From Thermoanaerobaculia bacterium (lineage in GTDB: Bacteria; Acidobacteriota; Thermoanaerobaculia; UBA5066): a stretch of 50,848 nucleotides of DNA. This document shows positions 49,607-50,848 of this stretch, piece after piece (the first letter of the stretch is position 1; each line of letters opens with the position of its first letter). The notes beneath the pieces are model-generated. The model saw only the letters and a list, made by a program, of their open reading frames with translations. It was not told the DNA's origin and made no database searches. The stretch spans positions 1 through 50,848 of the forward strand of contig JBBRRY010000029.1 of NCBI GenBank assembly GCA_038245905.1. The letters are read 5' to 3'. The translations under genes and the position numbers were made by a program.

Positions 49607-50458
49607 TCAGGTCTCCGCGACCCACTCGGGTGTCACGAGGCTGGGGAGGAGGCCGGAGGCGTGCCCGCGCGAGAGAAGCAGGCGCACGGCCTCGCGTCCG
49701 CGTTCACCATACGAGCGAGTCCAGTCGTTCACGTACATCGCCACGAAGCGGTCCGCCTTCTCGCGCGGGAGCCCGCGCGCGAAGCGCATCGCATCCGTGA
49801 GGGCGGCTTCGCGGTGAAGGAGGGCGTACTCGATGGAACGCCCGAGCGCACGAGAGACGCGCGCGATGAGCTCCGGCCCGAGATCCTTTCGGACGGCATT
49901 GCCTCCGAGGGGCAGCGGTAGGGAGGTCTCTTCCTTCCAGACGACGCCGAGATCCGCCACGAGCCGGAACCCCTCGTCTCTCCAGGTGAGCTGGCCCTCG
50001 TGGATGACGACGCCGGCGTCCACGTCGCCCCGCGCCACGGCCTCGCCCACCCTGTCGAACGGCGTCACCACGGGTACTGACAAGGCGGAGTAGATCCTGA
50101 GCGCCAGGGCCGCGGTCGTGAGAGCGCCCGGAATCGCGACGCGAAGACCCGCGAGGTCGGCGAGAGTCCGCGGCGAGCCCGGCTCCTCGCGCGCGACGAC
50201 ACATGGCCCGTAGCCGTCGCCAAAGGATGCCCCGTGCGGCAGCAGCACGTATCGGTCCGCGAGAAACGCGTATGCGTGAAAGGACACGGCCGTGATCGCG
50301 AGCTCGCCCGAAAGCGCCCGCCGGTTCAGGGTCTCGATGTCGGCAAGCTCGTGACGATACGAAACGCCCTCGGTGTCGACCGCGTTCTCGCGCAGTCCAT
50401 AGAACATGAAGGCATCGTCGGAGTCGGGCGAGTGTGCGAGGACGAGTGTCTGGCTCAT
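49607..50458 (-). CDS. mqnD: 1,4-dihydroxy-6-naphthoate synthase (futalosine menaquinone pathway)
   Basis: HSPDSDDAFMF, DIETLN, GASFGDGYGP, PGALTTA, IHEGQLT, LPLPLG, MYVN; GGAG RBS. Confidence 0.9.
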   Translation of the reverse strand: MSQTLVLAHSPDSDDAFMFYGLRENAVDTEGVSYRHELADIETLNRRALSGELAITAVSFHAYAFLADRYVLLPHGASFGDGYGPCVVAREEPGSPRTLADLAGLRVAIPGALTTAALALRIYSALSVPVVTPFDRVGEAVARGDVDAGVVIHEGQLTWRDEGFRLVADLGVVWKEETSLPLPLGGNAVRKDLGPELIARVSRALGRSIEYALLHREAALTDAMRFARGLPREKADRFVAMYVNDWTRSYGERGREAVRLLLSRGHASGLLPSLVTPEWVAET

Positions 50459-50576
50459 GCGATGTCTCCGATTTTTCTCCGCGCGCGATCGTAGCCCGGA
50501 TGCGAAGTCGACATGGGTCTCGTGGAACCGGGTCCGAGGCGGCTGAAAAAAACTTCGCACGTCAAGAAAAAAATTC

Positions 50577-50604
50577 TTGATTCGCGCTCGAAACTCTCTA
50601 CAAT
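50577..50604 (+). promoter_or_regulatory. Sigma70-type promoter for the MPAKK gene leader
   Basis: TTGATT-16 nt-TACAAT, preceded by A-tracts; overlapped by the inverted repeat TCAAGAA-N5-TTCTTGA (50562-50580). Confidence 0.55.
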
Positions 50605-50614
50605 TCTCTTCAGC

Positions 50615-50660
50615 AAGAAAAAAGGACGGCGACGTGATCTTGAGTCACTTCACCGTCCTT
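50615..50660 (-). terminator. Intrinsic terminator on the minus strand
   Basis: Minus strand reads AAGGACGGTGAAGTGA-CTCAAGA-TCACGTCGCCGTCC followed by TTTTTTCTT. Confidence 0.7.
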
Positions 50661-50764
50661 ACGGAAAACCCCGAGCTCTTTTGAAATCGACCGACAACCA
50701 AATTTTTAGAGTTCTTTCGGCAGTCGGCAGATCCAGAAAACGCGAGGTTCCCGTCCTTCGAGGG
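50616..50764 (-). ncRNA. Candidate structured sRNA or attenuator leader (~150 nt), family not recognised
   Basis: Lies between a strong promoter and a terminator; by hand it folds into a ~94-nt irregular hairpin with multiple G-U pairs that form only on the minus strand; no plausible ORF. Ends are inferred. Confidence 0.55.
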
Positions 50765-50770
50765 GCGGCC

Positions 50771-50800
50771 AACCTAGCACGCGGCTTTCGGGACTGTCAA
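50771..50800 (-). promoter_or_regulatory. Sigma70-type promoter on the minus strand
   Basis: Perfect TTGACA (50800-50795), 18-nt spacer ending in TGC, then TAGGTT (extended -10). Confidence 0.65.
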
Positions 50801-50831
50801 TCAAATCTGCCAAGAGGAGGTGACAGTCCAC

Positions 50832-50848
50832 ATGCCAGCGAAGAAGAA
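50832..50848 (+). CDS. 5' end of a gene truncated by the window (MPAKK...), possibly a small basic protein
   Basis: Strong AGAGGAGGTGA Shine-Dalgarno before ATG CCA GCG AAG AAG; only five full codons visible. Confidence 0.6.

Noticed and set aside
50673-50687. boxA-like GAGCTCTTTTGAAAT suggesting an rRNA leader
   Set aside because: It is followed by an SD and ATG rather than 16S sequence; the match is loose and falls inside the minus-strand hairpin.
50616-50764. Identity as SRP RNA, 6S RNA or tRNA
   Set aside because: No SRP CAGG..GGAA..AGCA core, no clear 6S central bubble, and no cloverleaf or T-loop. An Rfam search is still needed to exclude these formally.

Overview
GC-rich, densely coding bacterial chromosomal segment. 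About 41 complete CDSs and one truncated CDS are supported. The protein families, such as the FG-GAP protein with the VPVxxxxxG..FWTSDL C-terminal module and the orphan CsgG-like protein, suggest Acidobacteriota, probably Thermoanaerobaculia-like (inference). Housekeeping genes: gnd, fabH, ychF, aceK, asnA, icd, purE, purK, murF, truA, mqnD. Accessory genes: an AbrB-Doc toxin-antitoxin pair, two Ser/Thr kinases, a multi-GAF protein with a degenerate GGDEF domain, two ATP-grasp ligases plus an esterase, an exported M16/M16/S9 peptidase operon, and a surface-glycan locus with two apparent pseudo-enzymes. I saw no tRNA, rRNA, CRISPR array, transposase or integrase. The strongest signals not explained by genes are: (1) a candidate ~150-nt structured minus-strand RNA at ~50616-50764 with its own sigma70 promoter, a long G-U-rich hairpin and an intrinsic terminator, lying antisense to the leader of a gene starting MPAKK; (2) a dispersed purine-tract/ATTTTCTTA DNA motif that overrides codon usage inside purK and murF; (3) an apparent pair of compensating frameshifts in a hypothetical gene; (4) a probable ACG start for an orphan murF; (5) many leaderless-type and bidirectional -10 promoters. 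All family calls come from recognising motifs by eye; no searches or folding programs were run.
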